Assembly (NCBI RefSeq): GCF_002113885.1
Contig: NW_018407191.1
Span: 458,744 to 522,743, forward strand
DNA: 64,000 nt
Source of the DNA: Mizuhopecten yessoensis
Lineage: Eukaryota
Reading direction: 5' to 3'
In this document: one piece after another, positions 26,570-37,921 of the stretch
Numbering within the stretch: the first letter of the stretch is position 1
Layout of the letters: every line of letters begins with the position of its first letter
Made by a program: the position numbers and the translations under genes
Notes under the pieces: model-generated
What the model was told of the DNA's origin: nothing
Databases searched by the model: none
What the model saw: the letters and a program-made list of their open reading frames with translations, nothing else

Positions 26570-29500
26570 TCATATATGTAACTACAGGTGGATTAGCATT
26601 GGTTCCCTTTAATTGTAGCGTATCGGTTGGTTCCTCCAGTGATGGTCGAGGCAATGTTCTAATGATTTAACAGTTTGATGCCAGATGGAAGACTGTTCCA
26701 AGTGTCAACAGTTCTGAGACGAATTGAGTGAATTGAGTTTCTCCTTGTGTTAAGGCGCATTCTCTGTTTGTATAGTTTGAACTCTTGACCCGTTGTTGCT
26801 GTATTATTCTTATTGCATGTAATGAAAATGGTTACCTCAGGATGATATTTTCCTGTCATGATTTTAAAATGTTTGATGATGTCTTCTCTGACAGCTAATG
26901 TTTTTAGCTGCAAGAGTTAAAGTCTCTCTCTTGAAAGGACATGTCTGCAATTCCCTGTATTAATTTAGTGGCTATTTCCTGGACGTTTTCAATTGCATAT
27001 GTATGTTTTATTAGATTCGGGCTCCAAACTCGATTGCCATCTTTTAGATGAGGTCTTAAAAATCCCTTTTATAGAGCCTTAAAATGTATTACTGTATATT
27101 TCATCGTTCTTATAATCACTCCCATATTTGAATTGGCTTTACATTTTTTTTTTGCAGAAATATGAGCATTCCATCAATGTTTGTTATCAATAGCTTCATC
27201 TGAGTCTGTTTCATAATTTGTAAACAGAAGTTCCTGTCTATCATCCAACTGTAGTGTAGTCAATACCTTCTGTTTTCCCTATTCTTATTGCTATACATTT
27301 GTCTGGGCTGAAGTGTAGAAGTGTAGACGCCACTTGTTATTCCATTATTGGGCTTTGAGCAGGTCTCTCTGTAGAGCCTCACAGTCCGCAATGCTCGCTA
27401 TTGCCCGCTAGAATTTTGTATCTGTGCCTTTACTCGCTTCTTCCGGTAGTTCGTTAATGTATAACACAAATAGGGCTCGTCCAAGGACAGACCCCTGTGG
27501 GATACCACCACTTTCTTCCTTCTAAACTGACATATCTCCATTACCACCTACCCGTTGTTCCACCTAGTAACATGACCCGTGAATCCATACATACTCATTT
27601 TATGTACAAGTCTGTGATGGGGGACCTTATCAAAAGCCTTCTTAAAGTCGCAGTAGAACACATCAACGTATTTCCCCTCATCAAGTAGTCCCATCCAGTC
27701 ATCAATCACTTGTATCAATTGTATCCTTAAATAAATCCAAATTGCTTTGTACTGAAGAGCTTATTTTGTTCATGTGGTTGGTAATTGTCTTTGGCACAAT
27801 AGTTTCCAATACTTTGCAGCACATGCCTGTTTAGTGAATAGGTTTATAAATGCTCGTTAATGTACTGTCTCTTTTTTTGAAAATTGCTGTAAGATTTGCT
27901 TGCTTCCAATCCTCAGGTATCGATCCTGTTGTTAGAGAAGTATTAGATATAATGGACAACGGTTTTCTTAGGACGGAACTTAATTCTTTTGATACATGCG
28001 GTTAAAGATTATCTGGGCCTGGGGATTTCGATGTTTAAGCGTTTCCAAGGATTTTAGGGCAATGTTGGAATCAGATTTGAGATTGTTTATTATATTATCC
28101 GTTATATGGTCTATGGGATTTTGTCATTGGACTTTGCAATTCGTTTGAGGTGTGCTTCTAGTGCTTCTTTGTTGCTTTCCTGGGCATTTGTATTACCTGA
28201 CTCTGTACTTGATAATATTCTTGGTATGTTTCACTGCTCCCTGTATTTAGGAATTTTGTTCATAGCCATAGTTTCCGCTTTACTTAAGGAAAGGTTTTTC
28301 TGTCCTTTTGTGGAACTGTTCTTGACCAGCGTTCTTGGATTTACATATCAATACCGTTTTAAGCTTTTCTCTAAAATGTGGCCTTTGCGAATTTACGTCG
28401 CCAGTTAGTGGTTCAAGCTCTTATTACCAGGTATACGGTCCAATTTTCCTCAATCGTATACATCACTTGTTTTTAACATTTTTTTCTCTGCTGTAGTATA
28501 AACATTGAGGCTGCATTTTATCACAGAGTGGTTACTTTTACCTAATCGCGCATGAATATCTATACCACTGACCATCGCTTGCTCATTAGACAAGCTAAGG
28601 TCCAATACTATTGGCGTACCATGTTCTCTTCCTCTAGTGGGGGTCCTCATATGTTGGTGTAGAAAGCAGTCTTGGCGGTTTCAATAAATTTAAATTCATA
28701 ACTTTGGAATCCCGCAGTGCTATTTGGAATCCTTTATTTGCACCTATACGTAGTTTATCTGCTTTACCTCACACAATATACTCTTGGGAGGTTTGTCATA
28801 TATCGCGTTATAGATTCATTGATCATTCTTCTTCTAGGTGTGTTCTTTATTATTTTAAGATATATACTATCATACCCTTCACGGTTGTAGTTAGAAGGCG
28901 TTATGTTTCTTTCCAATGATCAAGTTTTAACCCTCTGAACAAGAATTGTCAAAGGTGTATTATCCTTTCCTTGAAGTCTGAATTCCTGTAACTTTACTTG
29001 GATTGATAAATCAGCATTTGTAACCATACAGTAAAATTCCTTAAAACTGTTTTTTGTGATTTTCCTTTCGGGTTTGTTCTAGGTTCTCCAATGTTTTGTT
29101 TTTGTTTTTTGGCAATCTTTACTTTCCTTCTTGACCACGATGGGCGTCGGACGTTGTATGTGTATTTCCCTGATTCTTGACTCCTCTTCCCAGCCTCCTT
29201 CCAACGCTGATTCTTGTTATCGTTCTTGTTTGATGATATCATTGTTTATTATGATAAGTTTGTACCTGAGTTGCTTGTGTATTTCACTTATGTATTTTAG
29301 AAGGTTTTTCTTGATTTCTGTCGTACCGAATAATGCAAGCATAGGTATTTGTTTAATTTACACGCCTTCTGTCTTTTTCTCAAACTTACAAAGTCTTGTA
29401 ACATCTATTACATTATCATCCTTGAATGCAATCTTGCATGTTTTCAGCAAACGCTTAAGTTCCTTCGCGTCTGACGTCTTCCTGACTTTTCTCTTTATAT

Positions 29501-30290
29501 GCTCTTGTTCATTAATCCTGAAAACGATCATATTGCTTTCTCTCCTTTTCCTCTCGTTGCTTTCTGAGATGACAGTCTGAGACTAATGTGCGTGGTCCCG
29601 CTCGGAGCGCTCAGGCGGCTATCTTTTGGGTGTTTTTGTCAATTCCTCGTTGACTGTGCTCCGAACTGTAGACTCGTCAAAGTTGCTAATGTTTTTCTTC
29701 AATTCTCGTATCATTGTGTTTAAAATTTTCCATTATCTCTGCATTTTTTTGCTCAATCTTGAGTTCCTAGAAAAAGGTTTCTCTCGATTATGACTCATGC
29801 ATGGTGCACATAGCCACATTAGTGAAAGGAAGCGTTCAGTGCTGCGTGTTCATTGTCTCCAATATCGATATGTTGCAGACAGTAGTTATCCCGGTATCTT
29901 TTACATTAGATCCGTTTTGTGTTGGACTCGGTCACCAATCGGTTACAGATGTTATATGACCAGCATTACTCTCCTTTCAAAGGAGGAGAAAATGGCGTAC
30001 ATTTTCAGACTGTTTCGCCACCATACTGCCTCTGGAACGGGACTCCCTCACAGGCCGGGTACCGCCTTACGTTTTATTTATGTCGCAATGATCGCTGTTG
30101 CCTCCGCCATGATGCTTCAGAAAATGATATCGGCGTTCACCCAGAACCGTGTAATAGCTCGGCTTGGAGCTTAGAAATGTCGTTTTACACTTATTTTCCA
30201 AACTATGCAATAATCAGGTGCATCTAAACTTTTGTATACTTTTGTTTTTTTGTCTCAGACTTGCCGTAGCCGAGAAAAAAAGTATCCGTT
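26570..30290 (-). mobile_element. Decayed near-full-length CR1-clade LINE (ORF1 plus APE-RT ORF2)
   Basis: Minus-strand remnants: GIPQGSVLG (~27480-27508), PEDWKQANLTAIFKK (~27875-27918), LDLSLSN..GKSNHSVI endonuclease end (28515-28610), RERRESNMIVFRI of ORF1 (~29515-29560) and RTVDTWNSLP C-terminus (~26685-26720). Many stops and frameshifts. Confidence 0.88.
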
Positions 30291-30377
30291 GCCATCGATG
30301 ACGTCACAGAAGTGCTAAACAGTTTTCCAACAATGTGCCGAATTTAATCAAAAGGAAATTAAAAGGTGAATTAACGT

Positions 30378-31332
30378 ACAGTTGTGGGATCGCACAACGT
30401 TACACGATGTGCGGTGTGCGCACGATGTGTGCACGAAGTGCAAAGGAATAAAAAAATGAACTATCATTGTTTGCGCACATTTGTGCGGACGATCGATTAA
30501 CGTTGTGATAACAATCGCGGTTGGTGTAAATTGAGGAATGGCTTAACAGTATATACGGTTTCGTGTTTAAACATATAAACTTGATTTTTTTTAGTTGTTT
30601 CCATATTCTAGCTACAACTATAAGCTTATCTTTCTGTCTATACCTTCTTAAATTAAGAAATGGTGCTTTCGGTGTGTTTTAAACGACCTTAATCGACACA
30701 TGAAAAATTACAACACAGTCTCGGCAACACAGGTAAACATAGCCACTTTGTACCTGGACCGTAGTTTTTCCCCGCTTGAGGCACTTACGTAACTCGCCAA
30801 GGTGTGAAAACCAGGTGAAGGGGGGCTATCTACCAAGACATATGCAAATAACAAATACTAAACGTCCAGTTGTGTTTTCATAACGGTCATACGGTATCAC
30901 GTAGCAGCTCTTTGTGTCAGGCACAGGCCAGGTAAAACTCCGGTCACTCATTAAATTGTTATTTACCTGTTCTGTTACCTACATGTAGCTAGGAGCCAAA
31001 TCCATTCTTGACAATCTAACGGTCACTGTTTACTATGTTACACGCATTGTAAAATTGTACATAATCTTAATTATTGTGATGAGAAATTACAGTGATATAT
31101 ACAGTGTACATTATTGTACACGAGCCTTCCGTATTTTTTTCATTCCGTAATATTGATAAACAAAGTGCACCAAATCGCACAGTTGTGCGGAGAGAAGCGC
31201 ACAACGGGGCGAACGATTGTTAAATCGCCCAGTTGTGCGCACCATGCGTGAACGATGTGCGGACGGTGTGTGAACGATGTATGCACGGTGTGCGCACGGT
31301 ATTTTCGGTGCGTTGTGCGGTCACACAACTGT
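30378..31332. repeat. Inverted pair of GC-rich blocks with 11-bp subrepeats (probable MITE remnants)
   Basis: ACAGTTGTGGGATCGCACAACG (30378-30399) is near-complementary to CGTTGTGCGGTCACACAACTGT (31311-31332). ACGATGTGCGC-type units occur in both blocks. Confidence 0.5.
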
Positions 31333-31595
31333 ATTTCCAAATGGGAAAGGAACATAGCGTGTTGCAAATATTGCACATTATTGCATGCGTCTCTTATGGT
31401 TTGAATTTGAAGTTGCGTTAAGTAGTCTCTCTAATATCATGTAAATAAAATGATGTCTTGTGTAAGACAACACCTTTTTCATATCAACTCGCATTTAAAT
31501 AGAAACGTTAGAGATGTCTTATCTTACCAAATGTTGAGTTCACACTAACGGCTACCGGGGACATACCATTTGTAATAGATTCAAGAAACTAAAAC

Positions 31596-31750
31596 ATGTC
31601 TGCTGTTCTGTTGTTGTTGATTGGAATAATACTTACAGGTGTGTCAGATGCATGGAAGAGTGCAGAAGAACTGCATAAGTTGCAGACGAAACTCGAGGGG
31701 ATCAGCCAACTCACACTGCTGGTTACCGTCAACGATACCTGGAACCCGAG
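31596..31750 (+). CDS. Secreted protein coding exon 1 (signal peptide)
   Basis: MSAVLLLLIGIILTGVSDAWKSAEELHKLQTKLEGISQLTLLVTVNDTWNP; donor AG|GTAATC. Confidence 0.82.
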
Positions 31751-34700
31751 GTAATCAAAGTGCTTACTTTTACATTAACGTGCTATCAAATATATTGATA
31801 TATTCACCATCTCATGGTGGCATTCATATTGGCTATGAATGTCATACACCGACTGTTGACGTCATCATTATTATGACGTCATAATTGTTACGTTATATAC
31901 CACTAGCCCCTTCTTGGCGATGGCTGTTCTATTTACTGAACAAGCATACACAACACATACATTATTTGAACTAAATGCTGAATGATACTAAGTGTAATTG
32001 AATTTTCTATGAGATTAACAGAATCCAAAAATGGTAAATATAAATATTGAACTGCTAGCGTACTTCATTGAATTTGCCTTTGTCAAGTCGGTATTCATAT
32101 TTCCTATGAATGCTAACTGAAAGTAGTTCAATATATATTCATATTTTTATATCCCGCATCGAAGGTTATTAAGACTGGACAATGATTCTACTTTTGAATT
32201 GAACCAACAGAGCTATCTAGATATGTAAATAAGCTGTGACTGTAACAAATGTTGTACTCGCATGGATAGATTGGTAATATTTGGGAATTCATCTTTTTAT
32301 TCTGTCTTTTTATAGAGCCATTATATAAATGTATTCCGTGAAGGTTCGGTAAAATTACATTTGATTCATGTGCAACATCGCTAACTGTCAACATAGTTCA
32401 AAGCCCTCTCCAAATTTTGTAATACAGAAAATGTAGGGAAAACACTAGGATTAGAATGTTTAACTTTACTCAGTGCAGGTAGGTAGATATTTGCCAATAT
32501 ATATCGTTAAACTTGCAATATCCTATATAAAACATCAATATATATGTGAAGCAGGTTTTCGCTGCATACTTCTTTGATGGGTTCATTTCACATGAATGAT
32601 TCTTGCTGTTATCAGCTTTTGATTCACTTGAGTTGTGCGGCAATGCACATAGGCCTTATTTCCATTACCCAATAGATAAATATTTAATGCACTTTTGTTT
32701 TTAAATTGCAGCGGGTGCATTCAAACGATAAAAACTCCACTCTTGACTCTAGGGAAACGCTTTAGCCAGATCGAGGTGGGGACTTGTGACTATGGAGCAA
32801 TTACTGTCAGAATGGTAAAGGCAGGCAATGGACGAGATGCTATGGTAGGTTTTGTGCTTCTAGGTAGCAGTGTACAGTATAATTGGCCCGACTCTGATAA
32901 ACAAGGCACATGTCGAGGAAATGTAAACACAGCGGATTTACCCTACACAACACATGTATACATGTATATATATTTGTAAACTGCATTACATTTACAATAC
33001 ATATAAAGTACTGAGAAGTGTATAAACCTCTTTTTTCTATGTATGTCACTTGTGTGAAAACCATGGTTACCACATCAAAAATTACCAAAAAATGCNAAAG
33101 TTGTAAAACTTTATTTTTTTGCAATTTTGCGTCGTGTGCTGTTGTCAAACTTTTACCTCCTGTAAAGCTAGCTTTTCATGTGTACGCACCCTTTCGGATT
33201 ATGGCCAAAATTTTATTCTCGAACCAAAAAAATCTTCTTTCTTTTTTAACAATGTGAAGCTCACATAGCCCACTTCATCATGCTTATACCAATTTTAGTA
33301 CAGTTTTATTTTTATATATTTTTTTACACATCATTATACAGGGGTTAGCCACTTAACAAAAATATCACCCATGGCCACAACCCTCTACTGTACACTGCTA
33401 CCCTAAAAATGATATAGCTTAATAAGAACAACTACCAAATTTCCATTGGATAAGTAGCTGATATATTCCCTTGTGAAGTTGTGTTTGATTTGAATTGATT
33501 ACTGTGAAAACAATTATACATTATTATCATTTTTGCATGGTGTGTGTTATAATGATATGACTCTTTAAGAGTATTTCATTTTATAACAAAGAAAGACTGA
33601 TTCATGTAGTGAACACATTGCATTTGAAAGAAAAAACAAAATAATGCACGCACCCCTTCCCACACACACAATTTCAACAAAGAGGACAAAACCAAACATT
33701 TACACGAAAAGGCAGGAACAGAATCTGAGGAGGCACTAGACGAAATAGATTTTAAGACCAGATTTAAAAAATATATATATAAAAACAAAATCTGAAGAAC
33801 ATATATTAAAATCAATTAAAGTTGAGTTATTCCTGTGTATCTTATTTTGGTGTTAAAAAATAAAATAAAAGAAACGTCTATGAACGAAATCGGAACACGA
33901 TCATGAACTTATCTCAATTATTACAATTAAAAGTCGAGATTCGAAATGTTTCCATCAATCACTTATGTGTAATAATGTTTTGAACATATGTCACGATATA
34001 CACATTGAGGTGAACTTTACTGTATCTAATTGAATTGATTTGTGTATCTTCGTTTCATCCAAATTCTACAACACTAAAATGATGAACCGAATTCCAAACA
34101 AAGCTGTTAATGTAAATTTTGATTGTGCAGTGTTTTCCTAGGAGGCTGACATCCACCTGTATTCAACATCAACAATAAACTCTCGACTACCCCAACGTAG
34201 TCCTCCTCATTCAACGGAATTATATCCTTGATAATCATAATAGATAATGCGACTTTTGAAAAATGTAATAAAAAGACAAATTGAGGAGAAATATAAAGTC
34301 ATTGCAATGAAATTAACGACAAGCTTAACAACGTTGTACCTTAATATATTTGCATGTAAAATATACGAAACAAAGAACAGGTTTATATCTTTCCTTTTGT
34401 TTCACGCTTGACGAACGTCCGAAAAAAAGTTCTACTATACTAATACTGTGGTTGTATTTTTGTGATTTGGGTAAAGAAAAAAGAGTAAAGACGTTTTTGA
34501 ATATGTCATTACATGATATAAGCTCTTTACACGACATCTTGCGGATGATACAAGTAGACTAGTCTGATGTCTTTGATGACGATGAAAAGAATCAAGCGCC
34601 AGCGTAACGGCACAATCAACAGGCTTTGAAGATTGGTGTAACTCTTTTGTAATCTTCAAAAGGAAATGTATCAGCCTGGTAATTGGTCAGGGTTTCATTC

Positions 34701-35692
34701 CTGATTGGTGTTTTATTCCTGAAACCAATCAAATAGCTCATCGCGAGCCTTCGATTTTGTCATGACATATTCAAGGGGTGCAGAACATATATTTGTATGT
34801 AGAACGGGGTCCATGGATTTCGAGAATTGTGATAAGACATAAACAGCCATTTAACTCAATAAAAAGTAGGCGCTACTGAGGACCAAGCGTTTTCTCCACA
34901 ATGTATGATTCCCTCATTTCGAATCCAGGAACACGTGTAAAATTCAAATTTTGTGGTCAACAGTATGTTTTCATCTTCGAACAGGAATTTGCGATTAATT
35001 TTTATCCTATTATATAATTAGGCTAAAGCATTTTATCGCAATAAAAACTCAAAAGTGCAATGCACACTTCAGCACAAAAACTGGTTTATGAGATTGTCGT
35101 CTGTGGTCTAAGTGTCTGTGACAATATTACATAAAATTGATATATAAACAACGAAGTAATAACGATTGTGCAGACAATGAAATTTGTCAAATTTCCCAGG
35201 CGATTCGTCCTTTGTCAGGAATCAAACATCGAACAATTAAATAGCACGAAAGAAAAGACAAGAAACAATTATGAAAGAGTTATTGATTATATTTATAATA
35301 AACAGTCCACCTTTAAATTGAATACTAAAGTTAGATATTAAAATTTCTTGACAAAATGTAAACCTTCATGCTACCCTGTCCAGACTGAGATATCAGTGAG
35401 ATGACACTGTAAAATGGATCCATTAACTGAGGACCATAGTTTTGTGATGACGCCACTTGATTAACATATATTGTTTTTTGTTTTATAGAGTTTGGATGTC
35501 ATGTTCGAATCACACGTGATTGTGGACGCCTCCCACCCAGAATGTCACTTTAACTGGAACGGATCATACCTTGTACCAACAGCTGAAAACCCTAAGAAAT
35601 CCCTACTTCCGGGTTGTTTTGTAATGGATTCTCGTGAGGGATATCACATGACATACTACTGGTTTCATCTGCTGGACTGGCATTTTGGTTAA
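31596..35692 (+). CDS. Uncharacterised secreted protein, 163 aa, 3 coding exons: join(31596..31750,32712..32844,35489..35692)
   Basis: AAAC-ATG start; signal peptide MSAVLLLLIGIILTGVSDA; both introns GT-AG with matching phases (2, then 0); pyrimidine tracts at both acceptors; TAA at 35690-35692; AATAAA at 35792-35797. Confidence 0.85.
32712..32844 (+). CDS. Secreted protein coding exon 2
   Basis: Acceptor TTGCAG|; (S)GCIQTIKTPLLTLGKRFSQIEVGTCDYGAITVRMVKAGNGRDAM; donor ATG|GTAGGT. Confidence 0.82.
32863..33402. mobile_element. Non-autonomous DNA transposon (MITE) with perfect 17-bp TIRs
   Basis: GGTAGCAGTGTACAGTA (32863-32879) / TACTGTACACTGCTACC (33386-33402); CTA on both flanks as a candidate 3-bp TSD; internal n at 33096. 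Confidence 0.8.
35489..35692 (+). CDS. Secreted protein terminal coding exon
   Basis: Acceptor TTTTTTGTTTTATAG|; SLDVMFESHVIVDASHPECHFNWNGSYLVPTAENPKKSLLPGCFVMDSREGYHMTYYWFHLLDWHFG*. Confidence 0.82.
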   Translation, partial: SLDVMFESHVIVDASHPECHFNWNGSYLVPTAENPKKSLLPGCFVMDSREGYHMTYYWFHLLDWHFG

Positions 35693-36079
35693 AAGATCAC
35701 TGCATTTGTTAACAATACAACTATTTACAAATTAGATGATTTTATTTATTCAATTCATTATCTAAGGCAATTCTTTATTAACAAATCTGTTAATAAAAGG
35801 AAATATCAGAAAGCAATGTTCTTAATCATCCCTAATGAAAAATTAGCACAGTGAAGAAACTTGATGTTCCATATTAGAAATTAACTAAATATGCAATGCA
35901 GTGACGTCAAACTTACGAATTCATCATGATAGCGCTAGATTTTAAATATTATTAAAATATTCCATGTACAATTTTTGGGAGAAGTCCTAGTAAGTCGTAA
36001 CAACTTGTGCCCAATCCCTTTAATTGTTTAATGTCAGTAGAATAGGTTAAATATAACCATTTACTATATCAATAATTCC

Positions 36080-36560
36080 ATAGCTATGCGTATGATAACA
36101 CCAACAAGAAAAATCTGTAAATGGCAATGGGACAAAAAGATTTTAGATGTTACGTCTAAAGAAGAAGACTTGAAATCCAACATTCTAAATATTATCAGAT
36201 ACCTGTTGAATCCTTCTACAGTTCTACAGTCAATTTTAGACCATGTTATACAAAGGTCTGTATTCATGCTGATACAATCCAAAAATGTTAAGAGCAAGCC
36301 TTTTTGTATTAGGTTCGAGCCATCGGTTGTTATTTATCTATCAATTGAATGAATACAACGAAAACAACTTTCTTGATATTTTGAGCCGATTAATGCTGCC
36401 GTTAAGTGAAGTTTTCATTCTACTAACGACGTCTTTGTGTCTGTCTTCGTTGTTCAGCGGGAAGCAAATACAAAATGTACACATTTAACTGAAATCAAAA
36501 GTCAAGTGAATAAATTTCGATTATTATAAAGAGAAGTGAATGTAATTCTTTGCATTTGTT
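36080..36560 (+). mobile_element. Possible L1/Tx1-type LINE ORF2 C-terminal remnant
   Basis: PTRKICKWQW...KPFC...FILL pattern loosely resembles the Cys-rich Tx1 C-terminus; highly decayed. Confidence 0.3.
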
Positions 36561-37684
36561 TTTAACATTTTAAGCCTGCTTTTCTGTCTGTTATTTATAT
36601 AACAAGTTGTTTCTACTTTTTCTTCGTGGTCAACTTGTGTTATCATTCATAAGTTGATATCATATAAAAAAATGTTCAATATGTTGACAGTAATAATTCA
36701 TAAAAAGACCAATTTTCAAATCCAGTCTGTCGATAAAAAACATTTTTTTTCTATGATGCAGGTTTTCCATTCTTTAGCTGTTCTGATAATAACACAATTT
36801 AGAACAGCACACAGATTTTGACGAAACCTTCCGTCAACACTGGCTCCTAGGTTTGACTGGTTCGGTTACAAAATAAAACAAAATTGTCGATTTCGATATA
36901 TATGCCGATTCGTGCAAAGATATTCTTAATATACTACAATGGAATCGTTTATTTTTTCATTGCTAAGGTAATTTAACTTTTGCGGAGTTTACAAATGCAT
37001 TTAAGAGACAGTGGGGTTATATCTTCCCGAGCTTAATAAGCGTTGTTCAATTGACGTCATAAAATATTATCCCGGTGCCATGTGGTAAAAAAAAAAACAA
37101 GTGGTGCAAGACAGATTCTACAAATATCATTTTCATTTGATATTTCTACTATACCCTACGGTAAAAGTACCTTAACCTTGACTTCTGATGAGGAACATGC
37201 TTGTTGATTTGGTTGGCCTATCTATGTAGTGGAATGATGATTTCCAGTGAAATTTTATACCTAAAGATTGAACGAATTATGATAACTTTTTTTTTTTTTT
37301 TTAAAGTATTGAAAAGTTCGTTTAATGGGCGTGAACATTGAACCTACACCTTTTTGCTCTTCAAATGATAGGGCATTGTCGATAAACGCTCCCATGTCAT
37401 TTTGAATCTCAGAACCATTCGTCTTCAATTCGGAAAATCTTTTCATAACCGTTCTGAGAGCGTCTTATAACTTCGAGCCCACGCATCACTCTGCACATTT
37501 CAGTATCACCAGCAAAACGTATCCGGAAGAGTTGACAATATCTGGAAGATGTATGATATTACAAAGAGAGTGGGTCCCAGGACGGTCCTTGGGGTGACTT
37601 TGGGGTCTTAAAGTGAAACATGATCTCATCAAAAATGTTGTGAAATCTTAAAAACACGGAATGTAAAGATACATGTAGATATAA

Positions 37685-37921
37685 ATAAACTTTATTTATT
37701 TTACAACAATTTAAAACACCTAATTTCAACTTGTATCAACCACTCTTGTTGGCCAGGATATTTGTACGCGGAGGGTCTTAGTGTAGGAGGAAACCTGAGT
37801 ACCCGGGGAAAACCCACGTGGTCGGGCAGGTGACCCCATACCTTTTCACGTCCTATCGGAGCATCGAACCCCGGCCGCGTTGGTGAAAGGCAAGTGCGCT
37901 ATCCTATGCGCCACCCTACCA
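37685..37921 (-). mobile_element. tRNA-derived V-domain SINE
   Basis: Same family as 3880-4083 (GTGTAGGAGGAAACC..GGAAAACCCAC..CCTTTTCACGTCC..TCGAACCCCGGCCG on the plus strand). Confidence 0.8.

Noticed and set aside
28106-30227. Plus-strand ORFs of 100-149 aa
   Set aside because: Antisense shadows of the minus-strand CR1 element.
33721-33753. CTGAGGA...GAAA hammerhead candidate
   Set aside because: Stem II is only two interrupted pairs and there is no NUH cleavage triplet before stem I.
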